Assembly: GCA_035535575.1 (NCBI GenBank)
Contig: DATLPS010000086.1
Location: 13,156-77,155, forward strand
DNA: 64,000 nt
Source of the DNA: Candidatus Limnocylindria bacterium
GTDB lineage: Bacteria > Verrucomicrobiota > Verrucomicrobiia > Chthoniobacterales > UBA10450
Direction: 5' to 3'
Every line of letters starts with the position of its first letter. The stretch's first letter is position 1. Under the pieces are notes generated by a model. That model made no database searches, was not told where the DNA came from, and was given only the letters and a program-made list of their open reading frames with translations. Positions 17,026-26,561 of this stretch are shown in pieces. Position numbers and translations under genes: made by a program.

Positions 17026-20000
17026 CTAGTGCGGTTTGGGCCAGAGAAATTCTTCGCGATATTCTGGCGTCTGTTCCGGCGCGAAGCCGTGGCGAGTCGT
17101 ATTTTCGGTTACCACGCGCGGGACGAGAAAGTGCAGGAGATAATCTTCGCCACCGGCCTTGGTACCGCCGCCGCTCATTTTGAATCCGCCAAAGGGATGA
17201 CGTCCAACAATCGCGCCGGTGCACGAACGATTGATATAGACATTTCCCGCCTCCAATTGGGCTTTAACGCGCTCAATGTTCTCAGGGCTGCGCGAGATAA
17301 ATCCGGCGGTTAACGCGTAATCCGTGCCGTTCGCTACTTCGAGCGCTTCGTCGAGATCGCGCACTTTTAACACGCTCAGCACCGGGCCAAAAATTTCTTC
17401 GCGCGCGATGCGCATGTTTGGTTTTACATCGGTGAAAATTGTCAGCGGAATGAAATAACCCTGTGGTGGCAAATCCTTGGTTTGATAGGCGAGCGTCGCC
17501 TCGCTTTTGCCAACCTCGATGTAATCGAGAATGCGCCGGTAAGCCGCCTCATCGATCACCGGCCCAACCATAATCCCCGGTTCGTCAGGATTACCAATGC
17601 GTAGACTCGCTGTGGCCGGAATCAAGCGTTCCATCACGCGATCGTAATTTTCCTCAAGAAGAATCAGACGCGACAGCGCAGAACACTTCTGTCCCTGATA
17701 ACCGAACGCGGAATAGATGGAATAGCCAACCGCTTCACCAACATCGGCGTCGGAGTCCACGATCACCGCATTTTTGCCACCCATCTCGCAAATGACCCGC
17801 TTCAGCTCGCGCTGACCGGGTCGAGTGATGCCAGCGGATTCCCAAATTTTTAATCCCACTTCGCGCGATCCAGTGAAGGCGATCAAATCCACATCTTTGT
17901 GATCGACGAGGTGGGCTCCGATCACAGATCCGTGCCCCGACAGAAAATTCAAAACACCCGGTGGAACACCCGCTTCCTCAAAAACCTGCATCAGCATGGC
18001 GCCGCACACGATGGATTGCTCGGACGGTTTCATGATCACGGTGTTACCCGTTACAACTCCGGCCGAGGCCATTCCGCACAGGATGGCGATGGGAAAATTC
18101 CAAGGCGCAATGACGAACGCGACGCCGCGAGGCCAGTAGTGGTGGTAGCTTTCCTCGCCGGGAACCCGCTGTGTAAGCTTTGGGCGCCCGAGGCGGCGCA
18201 TCTGCTCCGCGTAAAAACGGCAAAAATCAATTGCCTCGCGGATATCGGCATCGGCTTCGTTCCACGGTTTGCCTACTTCAAAGACTTCAACCGCCGAGAG
18301 TTCGTATCGGCGCCGTTCCATGACATCCGCGGCGCGTTCGAGCAAGCGCGCGCGTTCTTCGACCGGTGTCCGACTCCAATTCCCAAATGCCGCATGCGCT
18401 GCTTTGACGGCCCGTTCGGCTTCGGGAATTCCCGCTTCCGATCCATAACCGACAATTTCGTTCGGAGCACTGGGATTCACCGAAGGTGTCAGCTGATCGG
18501 TCCACACCTTTTCGCCGCCGATGACGAGCGGATATTTTTCGCCAAACCGTTGGCGCACTTCCCGCAGAGCGCTGCGCATTTTCTCCTGGCTGTCTTTATA
18601 AACGAAATTCACAAGCGGTGAGTTTCGGTAGACATCGTCCAAGACGGTGTCAACCGAACCGCTATTTTGGCGATGCTGATTTTGCGTAGTGATCGTGCTT
18701 TGTGATTTCATCGGTTTAGCTCCGTTTGATTTTATTAACTCTCTTGGGTCGCGCAGCAATTCTTTCGCTGCGACATTTTCGGCAAATTTGGCGCGCAAAA
18801 ATCCTTCATTCGACGTGTTCTCGAGCAGGCGTCGGACTAGATAGGCCATGCCGGGAAGCAGTTCGCCGACCGGACAATATTCGCGGACACGATAGCCCAT
18901 TTCCATGAGTGCCCGCTTGATTGGGCCAGCCATGCCGTAGAGCAGTTGAAACTCGAAACGGCTGCGGTCGATCCCGAGCTTGTCCGCGAGCGCCTGTGCG
19001 TGCGCGATGCTGCGAATGTTGTGTGATCCGAAGGCAGCCGTGACGATCGGCTCATTTTCCAAAAGCAATCTCGTGAGGGTCTCGAAATTCGCGTCGCTCT
19101 GCGGCTTCTGAAAATAAACGGGACAAGCCCAGCCGTTCTGGAGCGATTTTGTCGTTTCGTAATCCCAATATGCGCCCTTGACTAGTCGGACCGCGAAGCG
19201 CGTGCCTCGCTTGCGGCCCCACTCGATCAGGTCGCGCAAATCGGCTTCCGAATCTCGCAAATACGCTTGAATGACGATCCCAACATGGGGCCAATCTTTA
19301 AACTCGTCCTCCGTCAGAATAGTTTTGAACAGCTCAAGAGTAGTATTTTTGTGCGCATAACTTTCCATGTCGAAATTGATAAACGCCCCGAGCTCTCGAG
19401 CGCGGCGGAGAAGCGGGCGCAGCTTCGGTGCGAGATGCGCAAATGCATCGGCCGGGCTGGCCGGATTCATTTGCGAATACAACGCAGAAAGCTTGACCGA
19501 CAGATTTACAACCGGAAAAAGTTTCGAATTTTTGCCCAGCGGATCGGTCCAGCTTTTTGTTTCCTGCGCGAGTTTTTCCAGCAAGTCCAGATAACGCGCC
19601 GCATATTTATCCGCGTCCGCTTCGCTTACGACGGCTTCTCCTAAAAGATCGACTGTAAAGCCAATTTTCTGCGCGCGGCGCTTGCGCAATGTCGCCATTA
19701 CATCGTCCGGATTTCTTCCGGCAATAAACTGACGTGCCATTCCGGAAACGTTCCAACGCAGGATTGGCCCGCTCACCCACGGGACAATGCGTGCCAGCCG
19801 AACACCGGTGTTAACAAGCGGCCCGAAACCATTATCGGAGAAATATTCGTTGAGATGCTCAATAATTTCGCCGGAGCCGCGCAGCGAGGGCAAGACATCG
19901 ACGAAGCGAAACAGTTGCACCTTAAACTGCTCGTCTCGCATGGAGAGCGCCATCAACCGCTGATACAATCCAGCCTTGCTGAAAAGCGGCTCTGGATGCT

Positions 20001-20061
20001 TATCGACCAGGTCGAAGATGCGGCTGCCGCGCCGCTCGACTTCGCTCTGGAGCGCCTTCAT
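17026..20061 (-). CDS. putA: bifunctional proline dehydrogenase / 1-pyrroline-5-carboxylate dehydrogenase
   Basis: 1011 aa. The N-terminal half is PRODH-like. The C-terminal half is an aldehyde dehydrogenase (EMGGKNAVIVD, FGYQGQKCSA with the catalytic Cys). There is no N-terminal ribbon-helix-helix DNA-binding domain. Confidence 0.9.
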   Translation of the reverse strand: MKALQSEVERRGSRIFDLVDKHPEPLFSKAGLYQRLMALSMRDEQFKVQLFRFVDVLPSLRGSGEIIEHLNEYFSDNGFGPLVNTGVRLARIVPWVSGPILRWNVSGMARQFIAGRNPDDVMATLRKRRAQKIGFTVDLLGEAVVSEADADKYAARYLDLLEKLAQETKSWTDPLGKNSKLFPVVNLSVKLSALYSQMNPASPADAFAHLAPKLRPLLRRARELGAFINFDMESYAHKNTTLELFKTILTEDEFKDWPHVGIVIQAYLRDSEADLRDLIEWGRKRGTRFAVRLVKGAYWDYETTKSLQNGWACPVYFQKPQSDANFETLTRLLLENEPIVTAAFGSHNIRSIAHAQALADKLGIDRSRFEFQLLYGMAGPIKRALMEMGYRVREYCPVGELLPGMAYLVRRLLENTSNEGFLRAKFAENVAAKELLRDPRELIKSNGAKPMKSQSTITTQNQHRQNSGSVDTVLDDVYRNSPLVNFVYKDSQEKMRSALREVRQRFGEKYPLVIGGEKVWTDQLTPSVNPSAPNEIVGYGSEAGIPEAERAVKAAHAAFGNWSRTPVEERARLLERAADVMERRRYELSAVEVFEVGKPWNEADADIREAIDFCRFYAEQMRRLGRPKLTQRVPGEESYHHYWPRGVAFVIAPWNFPIAILCGMASAGVVTGNTVIMKPSEQSIVCGAMLMQVFEEAGVPPGVLNFLSGHGSVIGAHLVDHKDVDLIAFTGSREVGLKIWESAGITRPGQRELKRVICEMGGKNAVIVDSDADVGEAVGYSIYSAFGYQGQKCSALSRLILLEENYDRVMERLIPATASLRIGNPDEPGIMVGPVIDEAAYRRILDYIEVGKSEATLAYQTKDLPPQGYFIPLTIFTDVKPNMRIAREEIFGPVLSVLKVRDLDEALEVANGTDYALTAGFISRSPENIERVKAQLEAGNVYINRSCTGAIVGRHPFGGFKMSGGGTKAGGEDYLLHFLVPRVVTENTTRHGFAPEQTPEYREEFLWPKPH

Positions 20062-20315
20062 TTACGAAGCTAGTCCGCCCCTATGCGTTAGGCAAAATGG
20101 AACCAGCAGTCTTTCGTGGCGGAAAATATTTTGCCAGCCGGCACGATCAATTTGCCGCCTGTCTCCGAAATAAGAATGAAACTGCTGCACGCGATTTGAA
20201 GAGCAAATCGAACGGGATTTGCCTGGCAGAATTCGGAGGCCCAGGGCTCTGAGCTGTCAGGCAGTCTCTTTGTACTGATTGATCCGGCGCAAAAACTCCG
20301 TAGCAAACAAGCGAG

Positions 20316-21380
20316 ATGGTCCAAGAGCGCCATGAATTTGCGAGCGATAACGTCGCACCGATTTGCCCTGAGGCCTCGGCCGCATTGCAGAAAGCCAACG
20401 CGCATTACGCGCCATCCTATGGCGAGGACCGTTGGACTGCGCGCGTGTGCGATCGAGTCCGTGAAATCTTCGAGACCGACTGCGATGTTTATTTTGTTTT
20501 CACCGGCACAGCGGCGAACGCGCTGGCGCTTGCGCAGCTGTGCAAGTCGTTCCAGAGCGTCATCTGTCATCCGCATTCTCACATTCAGACCGACGAATGC
20601 GGCGCGCCTGAATTTTTCACCGGAGGATCAAAACTGCTTTTGGTCGGGGGCGCCGATGGCTCGCCGCAGCGAGTCCGTCCGATGGCGGACAAGATTGACA
20701 CCGGCCAGGTGGAAGCGCTGCTGGCGCGTCAGAACGAGTTGCATTCGCATAAGCTGGGCGCGATCAGCATTACGCAAGCGACGGAGTTCGGAACAGTTTA
20801 CACGCGTGACGAAATTGCGGCCATCGCTGACCTGGGGCGGGCGCACCAACTGTCTCTCCACATGGACGGCGCTCGTTTCGCCAATGCAATCGCATCGCTG
20901 CACTGCGCGTCCAAAGCGATCACGTGGGAGGCTGGGGTTGATGTTCTTTGTTTTGGAGGAACAAAAAACGGAGCGGCTGTCGGCGAGTTGGTGATTTTTT
21001 TCAATAAGAAGATCTCACACGAATTTGATTATCGAGCGAAACAAGCCGGGCAGCTCGGATCGAAAATGCGTTTTCTCGCTGCGCAGTGGCTGGGGCTTTT
21101 GACCGGAGACGCCTGGCTACGGAACGCACAGCATGCCAATCGGGCGGCGCGCGAACTTGCGAGCCGTCTGCAAAAGGAAGCAGGAATCGAGAGCGTATTT
21201 CCAGTCGAGGCAAACGCAGTGTTTGTGTCGATGGATGAGCGACTCGCCAGCGGTCTCCACGCTCGTGGCTGGCGTTTTAATAAATTTATTGAGCCCGACA
21301 TTTATCGTCTGATGTGTTCGTGGTCTACGACCGGGGAGGATATTTTAAGTCTGCTAGCTGATATTGTGGCGATTAAATGA
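20316..21380 (+). CDS. ltaE: low-specificity L-threonine aldolase / beta-eliminating lyase family, PLP-dependent
   Basis: 354 aa. FASDNVAPICPEA, FTGTAANALAL and the GGTKNG lysine region are typical of threonine aldolases. Confidence 0.7.
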   Translation: MVQERHEFASDNVAPICPEASAALQKANAHYAPSYGEDRWTARVCDRVREIFETDCDVYFVFTGTAANALALAQLCKSFQSVICHPHSHIQTDECGAPEFFTGGSKLLLVGGADGSPQRVRPMADKIDTGQVEALLARQNELHSHKLGAISITQATEFGTVYTRDEIAAIADLGRAHQLSLHMDGARFANAIASLHCASKAITWEAGVDVLCFGGTKNGAAVGELVIFFNKKISHEFDYRAKQAGQLGSKMRFLAAQWLGLLTGDAWLRNAQHANRAARELASRLQKEAGIESVFPVEANAVFVSMDERLASGLHARGWRFNKFIEPDIYRLMCSWSTTGEDILSLLADIVAIK

Positions 21381-21418
21381 TTGAACAGATCGCCGTGGAG
21401 GCGCATCTGTAACACGAG

Positions 21419-21958
21419 ATGAATATAATGGAACGCCCTTTGCTTGTTGCGGCGGCCTTGCTTGCTGGGTGCGGAACGACCCGCAACGTTGCGGTGACTT
21501 CTTACCATGTGACACGCGACGTCGCTGTTGGGTCGTATCGTGTCGCTACTGCGCCGGTGCATTACGCCTTAAAGGGCCGCGGTGAACCGAAGATGGTCGG
21601 TACCACAGAGGCAACGTCATCGGATGTCATCGAGCCAGGTCAGCCAGTTTCAACGTCGCAAGCGGCCTCCGTGCCGCAGCGCCGCTCGAAGGTTCAAACA
21701 GAAAGCAGTCAAAGCTCGGCCAGAACAGCTCCGCAGGTCGCTCGCAGGGAAACAACACAGCAAAATCAAAAACCATCATCGCCAGCACAGGCTTCATATC
21801 CTCAGACGCAATTTCCGACTGCGAAAGCCGTGCCGGACAAGCCTGGCTACGTGTTCAGTCCGTTTGATACCAGCGGAAGGTACGTCGATGTGAGCGGTTA
21901 TGCGTCCGGAACCAAAGTAAAAGATCCGTGGACGGATAAGATTTTCGTTGTTCCATAA
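21419..21958 (+). CDS. lipoprotein with a low-complexity linker and a conserved C-terminal module
   Basis: Lipobox LLAGC in MNIMERPLLVAAALLAGCGTT. A Ser/Gln/Pro-rich linker follows. The C-terminus PGYVFSPFDTSGRYVDVSGYASGTKVKDPWTDKIFVVP is paralogous to the end of ORF 43394..43789. Confidence 0.6.
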   Translation: MNIMERPLLVAAALLAGCGTTRNVAVTSYHVTRDVAVGSYRVATAPVHYALKGRGEPKMVGTTEATSSDVIEPGQPVSTSQAASVPQRRSKVQTESSQSSARTAPQVARRETTQQNQKPSSPAQASYPQTQFPTAKAVPDKPGYVFSPFDTSGRYVDVSGYASGTKVKDPWTDKIFVVP

Positions 21959-21960
21959 GT

Positions 21961-21988
21961 TGCAGCGCGGCCAGCGGTCGCGCCCTAC
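21961..21988 (-). repeat. REP element, subfamily 2 (minus orientation)
   Basis: The reverse complement reads GTAGGGCGCGACCGCTGGCCGCGCTGCA. It has an 8-bp stem with one mismatch and matches 24 of 28 nt to 8428-8455. Confidence 0.5.
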
Positions 21989-22009
21989 CATTGCCGTGAG
22001 GTTGGGCGA

Positions 22010-24154
22010 ATGTTACCTACTAACATGAGAGTACCATCGCAATTTGCGGCTTGGTGGGTGCTTTGCTGGTTAACTTTTGCCACTGTGCCGCACGGTCTCG
22101 GCCAAGCGTATCAAGGAAAACAACTCGTCAAAGCGGAGCTCCTGGCCGACACGAGCGCGATTGTCCCCGGAAAGCCATTTACTATCGGCTTGCTGCTGCG
22201 AATGGCTCCGCGCTGGCATACTTACTGGAAATTTTCTGGTGATGCCGGTCTCCCCACAGAATTGAAATGGAAGCTGCCATCGGGCTGGAAAATCGGTGAG
22301 ATTCAATGGCCGATTCCGCTGAAAACGATCGATCCCGGCGATATTGAGACTTACGGCTACGAAAATGAAGTCCTGCTCATGCAGGAAATCACGCCGCCGC
22401 CGAAGATTGACGACTCATCTGTCAGATTTTCTGCAGACGCAAGTTGGCTGGTCTGTGAGAAGATCTGCATTCCTGGGAGTGAAACGTTGCAGCTGGAGTT
22501 GCCAATGTCGACAATCAGCCAGCCCGCGAACACGGAAGTTTTTGCGCGTTATCGCCGTTTGTTGCCGCAAAAGTGGCCGGGAGCGAACACGGTGACTGCC
22601 AATTGGAGCCGCGCTGGCTCCGATCTTCGCCTGAAAGTCACGAGCGAAACGCTGGGAAGTTATCCCGCAGTCGATTTTTTTCCGTTGCCGGAGCAAAGCA
22701 CCGTCGTCGGCCATCCAACGATGGAAACACGGAACAAAAATGAAATTGTTTTGCGGATTCCGATTGAGTCGTCAGCAAACAGCGTGTCAGCCATGGCGGG
22801 CCTTGTCGTTTTTTCCCAGCAGCCAAACGGTGATGATCGCGCGGCGTGGCAGATTACAACTCCATCGATTGTTTCGGCGGCTCGTCCGCCGCCCGTGCGA
22901 GGGATCTTCACTTTTCTGCTCTTCGGTTTTCTCGGCGGCATGATCTTGAATCTGATGCCGTGCGTGTTGCCGGTCATCTCGCTCAAGATTTTCGGATTCA
23001 TTCAACAAGCGGGCCAAAGTCGGCAGAAAATTTTACGCAGCGGCATCGCTTTCACGGTTGGGATCTTCGCGTGGTTCATTGCGCTCGCGCTGCTCCTGAT
23101 CGCTCTCAAGGCCACGGGGCGCGACGTCACCTGGGGTGGGTTTCAATTCACCAACGCCTATTTCGTCCTCGTGCTGAGCGTAATTGTCCTCGTATTCGCC
23201 TTGAATCTCTTTGGTGTGTTCGAAATTTCTTTGCCGCAAAGTATGACGCGCGGTCTGCTTTCGACGACCGAGCGCAAAGACGATCTTGGCTCATTCTTTC
23301 AGGGTGTATTTGCAACCGTGCTAGCCACGCCGTGCACTGCGCCGTTTCTCGGCACGGCGCTGGGCTTCGCTTTTTCGCAGTCGCCAGTGGTCATTTTGGC
23401 GATGTTCGTGGCAATCGCCGCCGGCATGAGCGCGCCGTATTTCCTGTTGAGCGCTCAACCCGCCTGGCTGCGGTTTCTGCCACGGCCCGGCCCGTGGATG
23501 ACGCATATGAAGCAATTCATGGGTTTTCTGCTGCTGGCGACGCTGCTATTTCTCCTCTACGTGCTTGGCGCACAGCGCGGTCTGGAAGGAGCGATCTGGG
23601 CCAGCTGTTTCCTGCTGGTAATCAGTGTCGCGTGCTGGATGAAAGGCGCGTTCGTTGTGCCTACAGCATCAGCCGCGAAGCGAGGTGTAGCGGTCGTGCT
23701 CATGCTCATGCTCGTACTCATGAGCGGCATTTATTTCATTGGAGACAAATTTCACTCCGCGAATATTGCTTCCGCGGACTCGCGGCTTCGAGGCGACTGG
23801 CAGGCGTTCACGCCCGAGCGCTTGCAAGCAGAACTGGAGCAAGGCCATCCCGTGTTTGTCGATTTCACCGCCGCATGGTGCCTTACCTGCAAATTCAACG
23901 AGGCCAATGTTCTCGAAAGTCATGACGTGCGAGATGCATTTCAACGTCGCGGTATCGTGAAACTGAAGGCCGACTGGACCAATGGCGATCCGGTCATCAC
24001 GAAATTGTTGCAGCAATTTGGTCGCCCGGGCGTTCCGCTCTACGTGCTCTACCCCGGAAAAATCGGAGAGCCAATCGTCTTTCCGGAACTGCTGACGAAA
24101 AGTATGGTCTTGGAGAAACTCGACAGCGCCACGCACAAAGTCGCTTCGGAATAG
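22010..24154 (+). CDS. dsbD: DsbD-family thiol:disulfide interchange protein (protein-disulfide reductase)
   Basis: 714 aa. It has an N-terminal periplasmic domain (WLVCEKICIP). The CcdA-like membrane core has Cys in MPCVLPVISLK and TPCTAPFLG. The C-terminal thioredoxin domain has a CxxC motif (WCLTCK). Confidence 0.85.
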   Translation: MLPTNMRVPSQFAAWWVLCWLTFATVPHGLGQAYQGKQLVKAELLADTSAIVPGKPFTIGLLLRMAPRWHTYWKFSGDAGLPTELKWKLPSGWKIGEIQWPIPLKTIDPGDIETYGYENEVLLMQEITPPPKIDDSSVRFSADASWLVCEKICIPGSETLQLELPMSTISQPANTEVFARYRRLLPQKWPGANTVTANWSRAGSDLRLKVTSETLGSYPAVDFFPLPEQSTVVGHPTMETRNKNEIVLRIPIESSANSVSAMAGLVVFSQQPNGDDRAAWQITTPSIVSAARPPPVRGIFTFLLFGFLGGMILNLMPCVLPVISLKIFGFIQQAGQSRQKILRSGIAFTVGIFAWFIALALLLIALKATGRDVTWGGFQFTNAYFVLVLSVIVLVFALNLFGVFEISLPQSMTRGLLSTTERKDDLGSFFQGVFATVLATPCTAPFLGTALGFAFSQSPVVILAMFVAIAAGMSAPYFLLSAQPAWLRFLPRPGPWMTHMKQFMGFLLLATLLFLLYVLGAQRGLEGAIWASCFLLVISVACWMKGAFVVPTASAAKRGVAVVLMLMLVLMSGIYFIGDKFHSANIASADSRLRGDWQAFTPERLQAELEQGHPVFVDFTAAWCLTCKFNEANVLESHDVRDAFQRRGIVKLKADWTNGDPVITKLLQQFGRPGVPLYVLYPGKIGEPIVFPELLTKSMVLEKLDSATHKVASE

Positions 24155-24306
24155 ATGTTTTGTACGCCCCGTTGCAAATGCGCCAGCGTGGAAAGTATGG
24201 CCTATCTGGCCGATAAGTTTCGTCGAATGCAAGCTGCGTCATTTGAAATTTCTGGGGGCGGCTGTGAATGTCTTACTCGCCAGAAAATTGAACCATCTCA
24301 GAAACT

Positions 24307-24939
24307 ATGCTTTCTAATCAATCTATGAACATGAAAATCACATTAGCCGTTTTTACATCATTAATTGCTACCGCCGTCTTTGCCCTCGATCCGCCTGCTG
24401 TGGGCAGCGCAGCGCCGGATTTTTCGGTCCCGGACGCGAAGGGCACAACGCATTCGCTTTCGCAATACAAGGGTAAATATGTCGTGCTCGAATGGTTTAA
24501 TCCGGAATGCCCGTTCGTGAAAAAGCACTACGGCAGCGGCAACATGCAAAAGTTGCAGGATCAATATACGAGCAAGGGAGTTGTCTGGCTGACCATCGAT
24601 TCGAATGCCCCCGGCACCGAAGGCAGTATCACGCCGGAACAGGCGCAAAAGATCAGTGAGTCATGGAAGACCCATCAGACCGCGGTGCTGCTCGATCCGG
24701 AAGGCAAAGCGGGACGTGCTTTCGGCGCGAAGAACACGCCTCATATGGTGGTGATTAATCCCGAAGGGAAAATCGCCTATGAAGGTGCAATCGACAGCAA
24801 AGCATCGCCAAATCCCGCGGATATTCCCAGTTCTACGAACTACGTTAAGGCGGCCTTAGATGAATCGTTGGCGGGCAAATCTGTCACCACGCCACAAACC
24901 AAGCCTTACGGTTGCTCCGTCAAATACAAATCATCGTAA
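24307..24939 (+). CDS. secreted thioredoxin-fold (redoxin/AhpC-TSA-like) protein
   Basis: YKGKYVVLEWFNPECPFVKKHY is a thioredoxin-fold signature. The signal peptide MKITLAVFTSLIATAVFA suggests the real start is the ATG at 24325 or 24331. Confidence 0.7.
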   Translation: MLSNQSMNMKITLAVFTSLIATAVFALDPPAVGSAAPDFSVPDAKGTTHSLSQYKGKYVVLEWFNPECPFVKKHYGSGNMQKLQDQYTSKGVVWLTIDSNAPGTEGSITPEQAQKISESWKTHQTAVLLDPEGKAGRAFGAKNTPHMVVINPEGKIAYEGAIDSKASPNPADIPSSTNYVKAALDESLAGKSVTTPQTKPYGCSVKYKSS

Positions 24940-24975
24940 AGCTGTAGCGGGTGTGTAGCTTGCAAAAGCGTTTGT

Positions 24976-25009
24976 AAGCGGCGGTCGAACACGACCGCCG
25001 CTTTTGTTT
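24976..25009 (+). terminator. rho-independent terminator
   Basis: A perfect 12-bp stem AAGCGGCGGTCG / CGACCGCCGCTT with loop AACA is followed by TTGTTT. It lies 37 nt after the stop of the redoxin gene. It is preceded by two GTAG heads at 24944 and 24955. Confidence 0.65.
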
Positions 25010-25022
25010 ACATTGGTCGATC

Positions 25023-26528
25023 GTGAGCATTTGCGGCGGATCCAAAACATTCGCGGGTAGGAACGAAAACGTCCTGGTCCTGCTACTCTGTCTGGTTGCG
25101 GCTCTTCGCGTATTGATTTTCTCGGCGGCTTTTCCGTTCTTTAGCAACATTGATGAAGACCTGCATTTCGACCTGATCACGCAGTATTCGCGTGGACATC
25201 TGCCTCGTGCTTTCGAACCACTCAAGGAAGAGAGTCTCAACTGGATCGTTCCGTACGCCTCACCAGAGTTCTTGTTCACAGCAGATCAATTTCCGGGCGC
25301 AAAATTCCCGCCGCCGTTATGGAAGACGTCTGCCCCCGAAGTTGAGCCGGAGATTGCGGCGACAAGAGCGGCGTGGAGCAGCGAAATTAATTTCGAATCC
25401 TCTCAGCCGCCACTTTATTACATAATTGCGAGTCTTTGGTGGTGGGTTGGAAAGCACATCGGACTCACTGGAATCCAGTCCTTGTGCTGGATTCGCTTCT
25501 TGAATCTTCCGCTGATCGCGATTGTGGTTTGGTTGGGCTACGTAGCCGCGCGCATCGTGGCACCGGACCGCGTCGATCTGCGCATTGGCGTGCCGCTGCT
25601 GCTGGCTTTCATTCCTCAGAATGTGTTTTACGCGATGAACAACGACGTTCTATCGCCCGTCTGCTTTGGCGCGTTGTTTGTGTGCGTCCTGCAATGGTTG
25701 CGAACGAACGCGCCCAGTTTCTTGCTAGGAGCGTCCACAGGTTTGACGATCGCAGCCACATACCTGACGAAGCTCTCCAACTTGCCGCTTATCGCCGTCG
25801 TGCTCGCGGTAATCACTGCAAGACTACTGCTGATTATCCGGCGAGCGCCCCGCACCGGACTGTCTGCACTTGCTGCGCTCGTTGCCCTTGCGGCGATCCC
25901 AATTGGATGTTGGACGATTTGGCTGAAATTTCAGTTCGGCGATATCACCGGTTCAACGGCGAAAATTGCCTTGCTCGGTTGGACACGGAAATCGCTCGCT
26001 GAATGGTGGGACCATCCGATATTCACACTGCAAGGATTTTGGGTTTTCTGGAGAGACCTCGTTGCGAGTTTCTGGCGAGGAGAGGTCAAATGGCAGGGAC
26101 AGATATTAGCTTGGCCGGTGGCGGACAGATTCTATGCGATCTCCTCCCTGGTATTGCTTCTCATAGCACTGGTTGGATTGCGAAAAAACAGCGGCCTCTC
26201 CACGTTTCAACGGCAAGCAATCGGCATTGCCGCGTTGAGCTTTGTCGTATCGGTTGGATTTATGGCGTTGCTTTCAATCCAGTTCGACTTTGGCAATTGC
26301 ATTAATCCCTCACTGGCGCATCCCTATTTCACGTCGGGTCGATTGCTGACCGGCGCGCTCATTCCGTTCTCCCTATTTTATGTGTATGGGGTCGCTTACT
26401 TCTTTCGGCGGATCAATTCTGCTGTCGCGCTGACCGTCCTCGGCGTAATCGTAGTGTTTGTCACGACCTCAGAGATTGTTAACAGTTCCGTGGTGTTCGC
26501 GAGCACGCACAATTGGTTTCATCGGTAG
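25023..26528 (+). CDS. polytopic membrane glycosyltransferase, GT39/ArnT-like
   Basis: 501 aa with a GTG start and at least 10 hydrophobic segments. It has an N-terminal loop with DEDLHFD and QPPLYYIIASLWWW, as in lipid-carrier-dependent glycosyltransferases. Confidence 0.55.
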   Translation: MSICGGSKTFAGRNENVLVLLLCLVAALRVLIFSAAFPFFSNIDEDLHFDLITQYSRGHLPRAFEPLKEESLNWIVPYASPEFLFTADQFPGAKFPPPLWKTSAPEVEPEIAATRAAWSSEINFESSQPPLYYIIASLWWWVGKHIGLTGIQSLCWIRFLNLPLIAIVVWLGYVAARIVAPDRVDLRIGVPLLLAFIPQNVFYAMNNDVLSPVCFGALFVCVLQWLRTNAPSFLLGASTGLTIAATYLTKLSNLPLIAVVLAVITARLLLIIRRAPRTGLSALAALVALAAIPIGCWTIWLKFQFGDITGSTAKIALLGWTRKSLAEWWDHPIFTLQGFWVFWRDLVASFWRGEVKWQGQILAWPVADRFYAISSLVLLLIALVGLRKNSGLSTFQRQAIGIAALSFVVSVGFMALLSIQFDFGNCINPSLAHPYFTSGRLLTGALIPFSLFYVYGVAYFFRRINSAVALTVLGVIVVFVTTSEIVNSSVVFASTHNWFHR

Positions 26529-26561
26529 CCACATTGCCCACAACCTACTGAGGGAAGGACT

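Noticed and set aside
20062-20315. A PutA operator or small gene in the 254-nt putA/ltaE divergent region
   Set aside because: This PutA lacks the RHH DNA-binding domain. I saw no convincing palindromes. The 51-codon ORF starting at 20097 has no ribosome-binding site or recognisable features.
21838-21958. A diversity-generating retroelement template/variable repeat pair between the two lipoprotein C-termini (21838-21958 versus 43670-43789)
   Set aside because: Nucleotide identity is low, and the differences are not confined to adenines. No reverse transcriptase gene is present. These are ordinary diverged paralogs.
22846-23925. A 359-aa ORF in an alternative plus-strand frame inside the dsbD-like gene
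   Set aside because: It lies wholly within a gene that has clear DsbD motifs in another frame. The translation is Arg/Ala/Ser-rich with no features.
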